Below, piece after piece: positions 19,296 through 31,588 of a stretch of 64,000 bases of DNA. Every line of letters begins with the position of its first letter. Position 1 is the stretch's first letter. The notes beneath the pieces were generated by a model. It saw only the letters and a program-made list of their open reading frames with translations. It made no database searches and had not been told where the DNA came from. Source of the DNA: Atopobium sp. (GTDB lineage Bacteria; Actinomycetota; Coriobacteriia; Coriobacteriales; Atopobiaceae); NCBI GenBank assembly GCA_018363825.1, contig JAGZNE010000001.1, positions 6,620 to 70,619 of the forward strand, read 5' to 3'. The translations under genes were made by a program, and so were the position numbers.

Positions 19296-21089
19296 CTAGT
19301 TGAGCTCCTGCTCAAGCTGATCGACAAGCTCGCCAAAGTACTTGAGCGCAGCGTTAACGGGGTCTGGGGTTGCCATGTCAACGCCAGCGCCGCGAAGCAG
19401 CTCGATTGGAGTCTTGGAGCATCCGCCGGACAGGTAGCCGATGTAGTCCTTGACCGCAGGCTCGCCCTCGGAAAGGATGCGCTGAGACAGGGCAATAGCT
19501 GCCGAGAAACCAATGCAGTACTGGTAGACGTAGAAGTTGTAGTAGAAGTGAGGGATGCGCGACCACTCTAGCTTGATCTCTTCGTCCAGCTCAATGCCAG
19601 GTCCAAAGTACTCGGCGCAGAGCTTGCCGTAGCGCTCAGAGAGAACCTCGGCGTTCAGAGCCACACCGTCAGCATTCATCTGGCTGATGTCGCGCTCAAA
19701 CTCGGCAAACATGCACTGGCGATAGATGGTGCCGCGGAAGCCCTCAAGGAAGTGATTGAGGATGTACGCGTGACGGACAGGATCGGTCTCGTGCTCAAGC
19801 AGGTAGTGCGAGAGCAGCGCCTCGTTGCAGGTAGATGCAACCTCTGCAACAAAGATGGAGTAGTCGGAGTAGGTAATCTCCTGGTTGTGGGACGAGAAAT
19901 ACGTGTGCAGGGAGTGGCCCATCTCGTGAATAAGGGTGTAAACGTCGTCGAGGCCGCCCTGGAAGTTGAGGAGCATAACGGGGTTCATGCCCTTGCCGCC
20001 TGCGGAATAAGCACCGGAGCGCTTACCTGGGGTTTCGTACACGTCAACCCAACGACTCTCCAGACCCTTTTTGACCAGGCTGACGTATTCCTCGCCCATA
20101 GGTGCCAGAGCCTTAACAATAAGGTCGCAAGCCTCCTCGTAGGTGAACTTCATGTCAACATCGTCAACAAGAGGAGTGTAGACGTCCCAGAAGTGCAGCT
20201 CATCCAAGCCCATAACACGCTTGCGTAGGTCAACATACTTGTAGAACGCTGGGAAATTCTGGTGAACAGCGTCAATGAGGTTGTTATAAACCTCAACAGG
20301 AATCTCGTTCTCTGCAAGAGCGGCCTCAAGGGAGCTTGCATATTTTCTAGATGACGAGAAGAACTGCAGGTTCTTAACCTGGCTGGTCAGAATTGCAGCG
20401 GAAGTGTTGCGGAACTCACCAAAGCGGCTGTAGAGTTGTTTGAATGCAGACTCGCGCAGGACGCGGTCAGCATCCATCAGCAGAGGAACAAATGAACCGC
20501 TGGTCAGCTTATGGGTCTTACCCTCAGAATCAACTGCGTCATCGAAGGTAAGGTCCGCGTCATCAAACATGGAGAAGATATTGGTTGGCTGAACAGCAAG
20601 CTCTTCAGCGCGTGCCAAAAGAGCCTCTTCCTCAGCAGAAAGGGTGTGCTCGCGCTGGTTCAAGATCTTGTTGAGCTTACGACGATAGAACTCAAGCGCT
20701 GGAACCTCTACATAGAACTTCTCGACAGATTCTGCTGGAACGGCAAGAAGCTCTGCGGCAAACCAAGAAGTTGCCTCGCCAACCTGGGTATATGCGCTGG
20801 TAGCATTTGCGACGTATGCCTGGTACTTGGCTACGCGGGTGTCCTCGTCACTCTTGCGCTCGGCGTAGTTGATAATCTTGTAGAGCAGAAGGTTCATCTG
20901 GTCCTCAAGCTGCAGAAACTCCAGAAGAGCCTGAGCAGAGGTAGAAATCTTGCCCTTGAATGCAAGCAGCTTTGGACAGTAAGCCTTGAGCTCCTCAAGC
21001 CCGGCCTCAAATGCCTCATCACTAGGGAACATTGAGGACAGATCCCACTTATATTTGCTGTCTATTTCTTCGCGAGACTCGTATGCCAT
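19296..21089 (-). CDS. pepF: Oligoendopeptidase F (M3B family)
   Basis: HEMGH zinc motif and ~600-aa M3B architecture. Strong RBS aaggaagg before the Met at 21089. Confidence 0.9.
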   Translation of the reverse strand: MAYESREEIDSKYKWDLSSMFPSDEAFEAGLEELKAYCPKLLAFKGKISTSAQALLEFLQLEDQMNLLLYKIINYAERKSDEDTRVAKYQAYVANATSAYTQVGEATSWFAAELLAVPAESVEKFYVEVPALEFYRRKLNKILNQREHTLSAEEEALLARAEELAVQPTNIFSMFDDADLTFDDAVDSEGKTHKLTSGSFVPLLMDADRVLRESAFKQLYSRFGEFRNTSAAILTSQVKNLQFFSSSRKYASSLEAALAENEIPVEVYNNLIDAVHQNFPAFYKYVDLRKRVMGLDELHFWDVYTPLVDDVDMKFTYEEACDLIVKALAPMGEEYVSLVKKGLESRWVDVYETPGKRSGAYSAGGKGMNPVMLLNFQGGLDDVYTLIHEMGHSLHTYFSSHNQEITYSDYSIFVAEVASTCNEALLSHYLLEHETDPVRHAYILNHFLEGFRGTIYRQCMFAEFERDISQMNADGVALNAEVLSERYGKLCAEYFGPGIELDEEIKLEWSRIPHFYYNFYVYQYCIGFSAAIALSQRILSEGEPAVKDYIGYLSGGCSKTPIELLRGAGVDMATPDPVNAALKYFGELVDQLEQELN

Positions 21090-21238
21090 GAGCCTTCCTT
21101 TCTTGACCGGGTCAGTAATCACTGGTATTTAGTGTCCCACATACACGTCGGTTTCATGCCGATAACAAGAAAAAATGAACCCATTTGATACAAATCAACA
21201 AACGGGCTCATCTATTTCAAAAATAAAATAAAACTACC

Positions 21239-22684
<1,446 letters not shown>

Positions 22685-23032
22685 TTAGCGCTCCTCCAAC
22701 TTCTTAATCCTGTCATCAAAGGACTTAAAAACTTGAACGAGCTGTTTAGCAGTAATGATTTCAGAATAAATAACCATAAGCGTGTCCTGGGCATGTGAGA
22801 ACAGAAGACTGTACTCCTGCTTTTCTCCCTGAAAGACACCTTGGATATGATCAGTCTGAACATGGTGAGCTTCAAGAATCTTTGCATCTGCGGCAGCAAT
22901 TTTTTCTTCTGCAAGCGCAATATCGCCAGCAGCAACAGCCTCATAAGCAAGCTTGCATTCATTGCGAGCCTCGCCAGCAGCAATAAGGATAGTCATGGCA
23001 TCCTGGGTAGTCTTATCAATTTCTTCTTCCAT
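22685..23032 (-). CDS. PTS lactose/cellobiose family EIIA component
   Basis: ~115-aa all-helical EIIA(Lac) protein with the conserved active-site His region (HHVQTDHIQ). Confidence 0.8.
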   Translation of the reverse strand: MEEEIDKTTQDAMTILIAAGEARNECKLAYEAVAAGDIALAEEKIAAADAKILEAHHVQTDHIQGVFQGEKQEYSLLFSHAQDTLMVIYSEIITAKQLVQVFKSFDDRIKKLEER

Positions 23033-23118
23033 AAGAAATTCTCCTCTAGACTCTAAACAGCGCATGAGATTACCTAAGACTACAAGTTGATATGTGGTCT
23101 TAGGCGCAGGTTATAGAT

Positions 23119-24435
23119 TTAGAACGACCAATCGTCATCTGAATCGGACTCAGTTTCTGCGGTCTCAGCATCAATAAGCTGCTTATCGTATGTTTTAAAG
23201 AATGGCATCCAAATAAGACCAGACACAACAAAAATGATAAGCATCAGAACAATACTGCCTATTGTTCCACAGGTAAGGAATGTGGCGATTGGGAATGGGC
23301 AATACCACATGTTAAAGAGCATCGAAGGAATAGCACCTAGTGGGATCACCTTAGTAAAGACGTAAGCAACAAGTGGTAAAACAATGCCCTGAAGCCACAT
23401 TGGAATCATCATGAGTGGATTCCACGCAACCACACCAAATACACAAGGCTCATTAATGTTAAAAATTGCAGGTACGAGGCAAGCACGACCAAGTGCTTTT
23501 AGCTGATTTGATTTAGCAGAGAATGCCATCAGAAGGACAAGAGATAACGTGCAGCCAATGCCACCAATCCAAAGATATCCAGAGTACACAAATGCATCGG
23601 TAAAGACTGCAAGATTTGATGCTGTTGCACTACCAGCGGCTGCTAGAACACCATTTGCCTCGGCGTTTGCAAGAAGGATTGGGGTAAATACTGGTGTTAA
23701 AACCCAGGAAGAAACGCCCATAGAATACAGGAAACAGAAAAGGAACATTGCAATTACAAGACCAACAGGTGAGTTAACAATATTCTGAAGAGGCATAAAG
23801 CAGCTAACAACCAGCTGATACAGGTTAAGGTTCAAAAACTTAGGATCGGTAAGAATCCAACCAAAAACTGTTACGATGCCAATTGGCAGCATTGAGTTAA
23901 ACCAGTCTTTTACAAAATCAGGAATTACAGAGTCTTCCTTAAAAAATGAGAAGTCTGCAAACTTATTTAGAACTGCTGCAGATATAAGACCAGCAACAAT
24001 TGCCAAAAACATTCCGCCAGCACCAAAGCCGCCAATATTAGAAATACGGAACCACGTAGATTCTCCTGCTGCAATCATGGCTGCTTGATCGGCCACAAAC
24101 TGTGGATTTAAAGAAATCAAAAACAAAATAACACCAGCAATACCCGCATTAACAGCCGAGCGCTTGTGTTCCTTAAGTATCAACAGATTGTAAGGAATCA
24201 AAAATGCAACAATCAGACCGACAATACCAAAGGTCCAACCGTAAGGTGTCCAGAAGTTTGGCCACCACTCAAAATAATTCATTGGAATTGTAAGCAAACT
24301 AAATATAGAACCTAAGAAGATAAGAGGAAGTGCCTGCAATACAGAATTCTTAATTGTAAGAATCCAAGGGTTCTGAACAATTCTGTTCATTTTTGGCGAG
24401 AAGCTCGTCTGAAGCCAGTCAATGAGCTTATTCAC
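23119..24435 (-). CDS. PTS lactose/cellobiose family EIIC permease
   Basis: 438-aa polytopic EIIC(Lac/Cel) with an acidic C-terminal tail. Confidence 0.85.
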   Translation of the reverse strand: MNKLIDWLQTSFSPKMNRIVQNPWILTIKNSVLQALPLIFLGSIFSLLTIPMNYFEWWPNFWTPYGWTFGIVGLIVAFLIPYNLLILKEHKRSAVNAGIAGVILFLISLNPQFVADQAAMIAAGESTWFRISNIGGFGAGGMFLAIVAGLISAAVLNKFADFSFFKEDSVIPDFVKDWFNSMLPIGIVTVFGWILTDPKFLNLNLYQLVVSCFMPLQNIVNSPVGLVIAMFLFCFLYSMGVSSWVLTPVFTPILLANAEANGVLAAAGSATASNLAVFTDAFVYSGYLWIGGIGCTLSLVLLMAFSAKSNQLKALGRACLVPAIFNINEPCVFGVVAWNPLMMIPMWLQGIVLPLVAYVFTKVIPLGAIPSMLFNMWYCPFPIATFLTCGTIGSIVLMLIIFVVSGLIWMPFFKTYDKQLIDAETAETESDSDDDWSF

Positions 24436-24517
24436 AGTTGTAGCCTCCTTTAGGGCATATTACTAACAAATCTTTTATGACAAATCTGAGTGTCATATGA
24501 TTTAATTCATCGTCAGA

Positions 24518-24847
24518 TTACTGAGCATTTGCTTCACGAATTGTTTTAATAAGGTGCTTGAGAGCTTTCTCGCCATTTAGGGTTGAATAATATGCGGGAT
24601 CCATAAGAATCACCTGAACGGGTTTATCAGCATATTTTTCTTTAAGCTCATCAGCAAGGTACTTAAGATGGGGACCAATCATCAAGGCATCGATTGAGTC
24701 AATATAGCTCTCAACCTCGGCCTCACTTCTTGCAGTGATGGAAATATCAAGATTGTGTTCTGCGGCAGCTTTCTTCATTTTTACCGCCATAAAACCACTA
24801 CTTGCTCCAGAACCACAAACTAAAAGAACCTCAAGGTGTTTAGACAT
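24518..24847 (-). CDS. PTS lactose/cellobiose family EIIB component
   Basis: 109 aa; N-terminal LVCGSGASSG phospho-Cys loop. Confidence 0.85.
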   Translation of the reverse strand: MSKHLEVLLVCGSGASSGFMAVKMKKAAAEHNLDISITARSEAEVESYIDSIDALMIGPHLKYLADELKEKYADKPVQVILMDPAYYSTLNGEKALKHLIKTIREANAQ

Positions 24848-25217
24848 ATCTTGCCCTTCTCTCTAGCAGAAATACAGCCAAATTACTTCTTACAACATCA
24901 ATAGTGTTCCTATGCTTTAGAGATTCCAATTATCCTATTTCCTAAGGTAAGGGAATAGGCTCGTTGAAATTTTTCTGCCTTATAAAAAAGTTTTAGAACT
25001 AAGGAAAACTGTTTTGGCTACGTACTTGCAGCTAAAAGTTCGTCTGATTTGAGGCTTTTACGTAAGATACAGAGCGCAAAAAGAATTTTCTCTTTCCTTA
25101 CGCCCTCACGTCTCCATCCCTACCGTTCGCGGAAAATGTCAGCTTTGGTGAACAAGCAGCAAATCCACACTCCAGCCAGGGATATAATCGCAGGTGAACA
25201 ACAGATGGAGGACTGTC

Positions 25218-25985
25218 ATGAAGATGCACCTCATTGAGCCCAACGTTTGCACCCAAACCACGCCTACCGTGTTGCTGATTCACCCCATGCTCTCGTCAGC
25301 AGAGGGAATGAAAACAGTTCTTGTGAGCAACATGGGTGATGACCTGCGTTATCTGATCCCAGATCTTGCGGCACACGGAGAAGAAGACGTAACGGAATAC
25401 ACCTCGGCGTCCCAAGAAGCTGCGCAGATTCATGACTGGCTGCTGGAGCACAACATAACCCATCTCTCCCTTGGCTTTGGCGCCTCTTTAGGTGGAGTGG
25501 TTCTGTCTAAACTCCTCAAGTTCCCCGATTTAGTCTTTGACCATCTCTTCTTTGAGGGAACAAGCTTCTGGACGGGCGGGCTCCTTGCCTCCGCGCTTGA
25601 GTTTGTACTCAAGAAAGTGTTTCTTGCCAAGCACCGCAAAGCTATCGCAGACCCCGAACTTTCCATACAAAAGATGGAACAACATTACGGAAAAGTTGCA
25701 GCTAAACCTATGTCAGAACACTTTATTGCGATGAGTGACCAAAGCATCCAGAACATCATTCACGACTGCAGCAACGTTGACCTCCCCACCCTTAGCCCTG
25801 AGGTACAACGTCGCTGTATCTTCACGTATGGCGAGAAGGACTTTGACTTGAAACGCGCAAGACAAGTTTTGCCTAAGGTGTATCCCGAGGCCACGTTAAC
25901 TATCTGGAAAGGCTATGACCACTGCGAGCGCATGACCAGCGACTCGACAGCGTATGGCCGGATGCTCAGAGACCTTGTGGTTTAG
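25218..25985 (+). CDS. Alpha/beta hydrolase fold protein
   Basis: GFGASLGG nucleophile-elbow-like motif; GGAGG RBS 7 nt before ATG 25218. Confidence 0.55.
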   Translation: MKMHLIEPNVCTQTTPTVLLIHPMLSSAEGMKTVLVSNMGDDLRYLIPDLAAHGEEDVTEYTSASQEAAQIHDWLLEHNITHLSLGFGASLGGVVLSKLLKFPDLVFDHLFFEGTSFWTGGLLASALEFVLKKVFLAKHRKAIADPELSIQKMEQHYGKVAAKPMSEHFIAMSDQSIQNIIHDCSNVDLPTLSPEVQRRCIFTYGEKDFDLKRARQVLPKVYPEATLTIWKGYDHCERMTSDSTAYGRMLRDLVV

Positions 25986-26071
25986 AGAGCAAAACTCGTA
26001 AAATAGAAGAAACCAAACTAATCAAATAAATCTATCAGCATAGAAGCTGCTCGTTAATACTAGGAGGCTTC

Positions 26072-26527
26072 ATGTATTACACACCCATGACTAAAGCTGC
26101 GATGAAGCTCTGCTTTGAAGCGCACAAGGATCAAGTTGACAAAGCAGGAATCCCCTACATCTTCCATCCCATCAGTCTCGCTGAGCGTTTTGGAGAAGGT
26201 CAAGAAGCCGAGACCTGTGTAGCACTTCTGCACGATGTTCTGGAAGACACAGATTACACGGTAGATGATATTCGTGCAGCTGGTATGAGTGAGGAGGTTA
26301 TTGAAGCCCTGCTTCTCTTGAACCACAATCCCAAAGTCGAGTACATGAACTATGTTCGCCATCTAAGTAAAAATAACATTGCACGACACGTGAAAATTTG
26401 CGATCTACAACACAACTCAAACCTGTCCCGCCTGGAAAAAGTTACTGAGAAGGACTTAAAACGTGTCGAGAAATACAAGGAAGCTCTCAGAATTCTTTTT
26501 GAGGTAGAAGGAAGTCCAGAAGCGTAA
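26072..26527 (+). CDS. HD-domain protein resembling the RelA/SpoT (p)ppGpp hydrolase domain (small alarmone hydrolase candidate)
   Basis: YIFHP...LLHDVLEDT HD motif with an ED pair; stand-alone 151 aa with no synthetase domain. Confidence 0.65.
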   Translation: MYYTPMTKAAMKLCFEAHKDQVDKAGIPYIFHPISLAERFGEGQEAETCVALLHDVLEDTDYTVDDIRAAGMSEEVIEALLLLNHNPKVEYMNYVRHLSKNNIARHVKICDLQHNSNLSRLEKVTEKDLKRVEKYKEALRILFEVEGSPEA

Positions 26528-26580
26528 ATAATTCCTTGCAATGAAGCACGATAGAAGCCATTTATAAAGCTACTAAGAGG

Positions 26581-26835
26581 TTAGATGCTCACTTTGCTTT
26601 CATGCTTTCCAAGCTTCCCATTCTTTTCAAGCTTCTTATCAAGCCACCAAATTGGAATTGGAAGAATTTCATCAATAGGTTGAGTGTTGTCCCAGATATC
26701 GATATATTCCTTTGTTTCCCTATCGTATAAGAACTTGCAATAAACGCGATCGTCAAGGGCTGAAAATTCTCCGCCGTAGAATCCGTCATCATACTCAATA
26801 TTATGAAAATAAAAGTTGATATAATATCCGCCCAT
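26581..26835 (-). CDS. Hypothetical small protein (84 aa from internal Met), AT-rich
   Basis: ORF with a gaggtaaaa RBS before Met22; no recognisable family. Confidence 0.3.
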   Translation of the reverse strand: MGGYYINFYFHNIEYDDGFYGGEFSALDDRVYCKFLYDRETKEYIDIWDNTQPIDEILPIPIWWLDKKLEKNGKLGKHESKVSI

Positions 26836-27069
26836 TTTTACCTCACTTAGTAGCAAATACTCTCCAAAAATGCATTTCACTAACCCTGTTCCAAGCATGT
26901 GAAAAGAAGGATAAGACCTACAGGCAATCTAAGTGGGTACTGTAATGGACAGTAAAAGGCCTATATCGTTGCTAACGAACATAACAATGAAGGGGCTTGA
27001 ATTATTCAATTACCCAATTAAATTCGAAGTCGTATAATTCAATTAACAAGCAGTTCGTTCCTGATTGGA

Positions 27070-27390
27070 GTGAATATGATGTTATATTCAGTTATATCGT
27101 GGTCTTTAACCGCAATTCTTGGCATTTGGTCTATTGTACTTCTATCTGGTCATGGTGCTATTTCAATTGCTGGATTTAACACAATGACTGAAGATGAAAA
27201 GAAAGCAATAGACGAGAAAAAGCTCTGTTTTGTAGTGGGTATTGGCACGCTTATAAGTGCGTTAGTACTCTTTTTCATGGCACTACTTGGTCCAAATATA
27301 CCAAACACAACAGCAATCATTGCGGGCAGTATTATTGCGATTGATGCGGTAGTAATGGTTTATATTGCAAACACAAAATGCAAAAAATAA
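27070..27390 (+). CDS. Small membrane protein (3 predicted TM helices), unknown function
   Basis: 106-aa hydrophobic ORF in the AT-rich segment. Confidence 0.4.
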   Translation: MNMMLYSVISWSLTAILGIWSIVLLSGHGAISIAGFNTMTEDEKKAIDEKKLCFVVGIGTLISALVLFFMALLGPNIPNTTAIIAGSIIAIDAVVMVYIANTKCKK

Positions 27391-27498
27391 TAAAAACCTG
27401 ACGACAAAATACTTGAAGTTCTCATTACCTTTAGACAATAGCTCTTGTCAAAACAAATGCAAAACATCACCTCAAACTACTCGTCTCTTTCGTCCCTC

Positions 27499-28422
27499 TT
27501 AAGACAAAGTCTGATCACGCACAAATGCAAGTAAGCGTATAAGCACAACAATACAAAGCCCTGCTGCAAGTACCGTTTCAACAGTGGCTATTCCGTCAAG
27601 CCATTGCAGAGGCTGACCAAGTCCAGCCAAGTATGCCGACGTCTGAGTGCGCGCAACGACACAAATTACAAATGGAAAAGTGAACGCGGCATGACTGGGA
27701 AAGAACGGTTTTGTAAGGCACCTGATGCACCACACAAAAGAAACTACATAAATAATTGAAGCGATTGCCAGCATAACCAAAAGAAACGGTACGGACTTTG
27801 GCGTAATAGATTGAATATATCCTGCAACACAAAGACTTGTTGGAGCTGCATAAATACAAGCGAGCGACTCAGCAGAATCAGACACAGGTCCATATTTAAC
27901 GTACCGAATGCTCACAACTATAAAAAGCACCACAAAGCAGATAAATCCAAACCAAAATGCAACCGTGCCAACACTTGTTTCAAAGTGAAACGCCGGCGCT
28001 GTAACACTTGCAACAACAATGCCTACATACACAATGAACCAGCTGGCGTGCACATTCTCCCAATTAAATTTTGTAATATATCGAGAAGTAAAGAGAGCTA
28101 TGCACAGTATGTGCAACGCAATTCCTACAAACCAAAATAATTGCGCTGCATCACCAATATCAGCCTTCGAATACACCGAAATCAGCATAACTGCCATCGG
28201 ATATGTTGCGGCAACTGAAAGTCCAATCGGATCCGAGAGCTCTCGCAATACAACTTTTGTCGACACCATAAATTTAAGGGTATAGAGAGCTAAAAGAGCA
28301 ATAGAGAGTATGCCGCAGGCGAGATAAAGACCTTCAAAAGAAGCCTTAAAAAGATTTCCAAGTGCCGCAAAACCTAATGCAACACCGCAAATAGCAACAG
28401 GAACTTTTTGGACATAGTTCAT
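27499..28422 (-). CDS. TDT (tellurite-resistance/dicarboxylate transporter, TehA/Mae1-like) family transporter
   Basis: 307-aa 10-TM protein with a TDT-family pattern. Confidence 0.7.
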   Translation of the reverse strand: MNYVQKVPVAICGVALGFAALGNLFKASFEGLYLACGILSIALLALYTLKFMVSTKVVLRELSDPIGLSVAATYPMAVMLISVYSKADIGDAAQLFWFVGIALHILCIALFTSRYITKFNWENVHASWFIVYVGIVVASVTAPAFHFETSVGTVAFWFGFICFVVLFIVVSIRYVKYGPVSDSAESLACIYAAPTSLCVAGYIQSITPKSVPFLLVMLAIASIIYVVSFVWCIRCLTKPFFPSHAAFTFPFVICVVARTQTSAYLAGLGQPLQWLDGIATVETVLAAGLCIVVLIRLLAFVRDQTLS

Positions 28423-28576
28423 AAGGACTCTTCTATCTGTTTAGGAAACTCTTTTTAACTTGAATATTCATACGATACCGTATCTCAATATCACCGTGTA
28501 ATAAAACTCAAAAAGCTCTTAGTCTTCTACTTGAGTTATAAACTCTCTTATGCTATTTCAATTATCGAGAATTTGC

Positions 28577-29209
28577 CTAGTCAAAATCGTCAATTTCCAC
28601 CACTTTTGTCCCAGCTAAATAATCATGAATTGCAAGGTGGTTTTTTGTAATTACAACCATTACCGCTGAAAACATAGTTAATAGGTACATTACTATGAAA
28701 ACATAGCTTTCAATATAAAATCCAGACACCAGCGTAAGTGCCTGAATAATATATCTCGTCGTAATAGTCGAAACACCTTCAATCAGAAGGAGACCAGGTA
28801 TTGCCCTAATAACTAGCTGCTTTAGTTCTACTTTATTTCCTAAACTAGTCTCACATTGCAATTTAAATAACTTTTTGCCTGGTGTTTGGCCTGGCCAAAT
28901 TTTCCAAGGTATTACTATGTAATAAACAATAAAAATCATCAAGGACAGTATGCAGCAAATGTAAGCAAACATATTTGAATATCCAAGCGCACTAAAGACA
29001 TACAAATCACTGAACATATCAGAGCTATGAGTTACTAAAGCAAAAATTAGAACCTCTGGAAAACCAATAAGTAGACCTGAAAGCACCCAGTCGACAGCAT
29101 ATGCATAAAATCTACGCATGGGAAATTTCCACATCATAGTTAACTTACGTTTTGACTTTAAGCTCAAAGATCTTGTTATATTTTTATGAGCCATTTTATT
29201 CCCCATCAA
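28577..29209 (-). CDS. RDD family membrane protein
   Basis: RDD-like hydrophobic core (AYAVDWVLSGLLIGFP...). It is the last gene of the PTS/peptidase operon. Confidence 0.55.
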   Translation of the reverse strand: MMGNKMAHKNITRSLSLKSKRKLTMMWKFPMRRFYAYAVDWVLSGLLIGFPEVLIFALVTHSSDMFSDLYVFSALGYSNMFAYICCILSLMIFIVYYIVIPWKIWPGQTPGKKLFKLQCETSLGNKVELKQLVIRAIPGLLLIEGVSTITTRYIIQALTLVSGFYIESYVFIVMYLLTMFSAVMVVITKNHLAIHDYLAGTKVVEIDDFD

Positions 29210-29215
29210 AATCCC

Positions 29216-30421
29216 CTATAAACTTAGACTATCAATGCCTTTTGCAAAACGGTGTAATCCATCGTTTAACTTTTCTCTAGGACATCCAACACACATACGT
29301 AAATATCCTGCTCCTGAATTACCGTATGTCTCCCCAGGCATAATCCCAACATTTCCAATATTAACCAATGCGTCTTGTAATCGTTTTGAAGATACTCCCA
29401 AAGAACTCACATCAATCCAGGCTAAATAAGTTGCTTCTGGAATTTCAAATTTTATATTCGGATAACGACCTGAAAGGAAGCTCTTTATTACCTGCATATT
29501 GCCAAGTATGTATGAACACAGATCATCAACATAAACTTCGCATTCGTTATACGCAACCATCGTTGCATATAGTCCCAAAGTACTACATGAATTAAGAAAA
29601 TCAACATGCCTAGTTATATTTAAAAATGCTTCACGAACTTTACTAGACGGAACGACCACATACGACCCAATAAGACCAGGTGTATTAAAAGTTTTTGTGG
29701 GGGATGTTGCAACGACCACTCTTTCATATTCTTTTAACTTAGAGATTAAGCTGATATTACTTCTGCCACACAAACTAATATCAGCATGAATTTCATCTGA
29801 AATGATCCAGAGATTATGGCTTCGACAAATATCGATAATCCTATTTAATTCTTCCTCTGTCCACATACGTCCAGTAGGATTATGTGGAGAACACAGTAGC
29901 ATTGCCTTACAAGAAGCAGCCAACTTATCAAGTTGCTCAAAATCAATCTCAAAAGTTTTATGTAAACAATCCACTGAAGCGTTCTCTAAATTCGGTAAAA
30001 GAATACTTCTTACGAGTGTTCGGTCATTCCCTTCTACTACTCCAGGAAAAGAATCATACATAGGGTCGAAACATAAGACTCCATCGCCTGAATCTGTTAA
30101 TAATCGAATTAACAGAGAAACTGAATACATCACAGAAGGACTGTATAAAATCCAATCCTCATCTACACTGGCGTTATATCTTCTCTCAAACCATGATGCA
30201 ATTGAGCCCTTAAAATCATGATGATTCCATCGGGTATAGCCAAACTGCCCTCGAGCTGCAACTTCAGTAACTACATTTAAAACTTCTTCAGGAGGCAAAA
30301 AATCAGTATCAGAAATTGAAAAAGGCAAAATACCGGATTTGCCAAATCTATCCTGAATAAAATCCCACTGAGTACAATATGTTCCATAGCGATTTTGAAT
30401 TTTATCGAAATCGTATCCCAT
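29216..30421 (-). CDS. MalY/PatB-type PLP-dependent C-S lyase (aminotransferase class I/II)
   Basis: 401 aa; N-terminus typical of the MalY/PatB family (DKIQNRYGTYCTQWD), SPTKTFN PLP-lysine region. Confidence 0.85.
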   Translation of the reverse strand: MGYDFDKIQNRYGTYCTQWDFIQDRFGKSGILPFSISDTDFLPPEEVLNVVTEVAARGQFGYTRWNHHDFKGSIASWFERRYNASVDEDWILYSPSVMYSVSLLIRLLTDSGDGVLCFDPMYDSFPGVVEGNDRTLVRSILLPNLENASVDCLHKTFEIDFEQLDKLAASCKAMLLCSPHNPTGRMWTEEELNRIIDICRSHNLWIISDEIHADISLCGRSNISLISKLKEYERVVVATSPTKTFNTPGLIGSYVVVPSSKVREAFLNITRHVDFLNSCSTLGLYATMVAYNECEVYVDDLCSYILGNMQVIKSFLSGRYPNIKFEIPEATYLAWIDVSSLGVSSKRLQDALVNIGNVGIMPGETYGNSGAGYLRMCVGCPREKLNDGLHRFAKGIDSLSL

Positions 30422-31504
30422 TTAAACTCCTAAGATTATTGGATCAGTTGTTGTTTTATTAAGAGATACGCCAACTCCATTAATTACAGCAACGTCATTT
30501 TCAATTCGAACTCCACCAACACCAGGAATATATATACCTGGCTCACATGACATAACCATGCCCTCTTTAAGAATAAAATGTTTTCCAGGCCTCAATAAAG
30601 GCAGTTCGGTTGAATTATCTATTCCAATTCCATGACCAAGACCATGTCCAAAATACTCTCCGTACCCAGCCCTCAAAATGACAGAACGTGCACATCTATC
30701 AACTTCTTCAGAATCAACTCCAGCTTTAATAGACGAAATACCAGCGTTCTGGGCGTCTTGAACAATGCTATAGATCTCTAGTATCTTTGTGTTAGGCTCC
30801 CCTAAAAAACAAATCCTGGTCATATCTGACTGGTAATTATCAATCTGAATTCCAAAATCAATCATCACATGCTCACCGCGTTTTAAAGCGCGCGATGTAG
30901 GCCTACAATGAGGATATGCAGTACGCTCACCAATGCCACAAATAGTGTCGAAAGACATTTTTTGTGCGCCTCTACAAATAGATTTATATTGAACTAAGGC
31001 ACTAATTTCATACTCTGTCATTCCTTCTTTAATTTGAGAAGATACTTCCTTAAAGATCTCATCTGTTATATTTACTGCTTTTCTGATTTTTTTAATCTCT
31101 TCCGATGTTTTAATCGCACGCAGTATCGTCAGCTCTTTATCAAGAAGAACAACACTTTTAAATTGCTCTGATAATTTCAAATACGTACTTGCTAAAGTTG
31201 ATTCAGATTCAACTCCCAGGCATTTCCAGTTGTACTTTTCCGATAACTCGTAAAGCTTCACATAAATAGCCTCTTCAGACTGGCTTGCTAACAATTCAAT
31301 CGTTAAATCATGTTCCTTCTCTTTTGCTTCTGCAAAATATCTTTGATCAACTAAGAGGCCTTGATATTTACGACTTACGATGATTGAGCAGCCGCTACCA
31401 TTTAGTACACCGAGCCAGTTCTTTATTGTCTTGCTTTTAAGAAGAAGGACATCAACGGCCATATCATTCAAAAGATCTTGAAGTAAATTGATATTCCCAT
31501 TCAT
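30422..31504 (-). CDS. M24 family Xaa-Pro aminopeptidase/dipeptidase
   Basis: Creatinase-like N-terminal domain plus a pita-bread C-domain with HGLGHGIG and metal ligands. The stop abuts the C-S lyase start. Confidence 0.85.
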   Translation of the reverse strand: MNGNINLLQDLLNDMAVDVLLLKSKTIKNWLGVLNGSGCSIIVSRKYQGLLVDQRYFAEAKEKEHDLTIELLASQSEEAIYVKLYELSEKYNWKCLGVESESTLASTYLKLSEQFKSVVLLDKELTILRAIKTSEEIKKIRKAVNITDEIFKEVSSQIKEGMTEYEISALVQYKSICRGAQKMSFDTICGIGERTAYPHCRPTSRALKRGEHVMIDFGIQIDNYQSDMTRICFLGEPNTKILEIYSIVQDAQNAGISSIKAGVDSEEVDRCARSVILRAGYGEYFGHGLGHGIGIDNSTELPLLRPGKHFILKEGMVMSCEPGIYIPGVGGVRIENDVAVINGVGVSLNKTTTDPIILGV

Positions 31505-31588
31505 ATATACTCCTCTTCTTAAACTGTTCTTAACTGGAAAAGATGAGACTAACTCTTCAATAGAGTTAGTCTCATCAAAGCACGCTAA

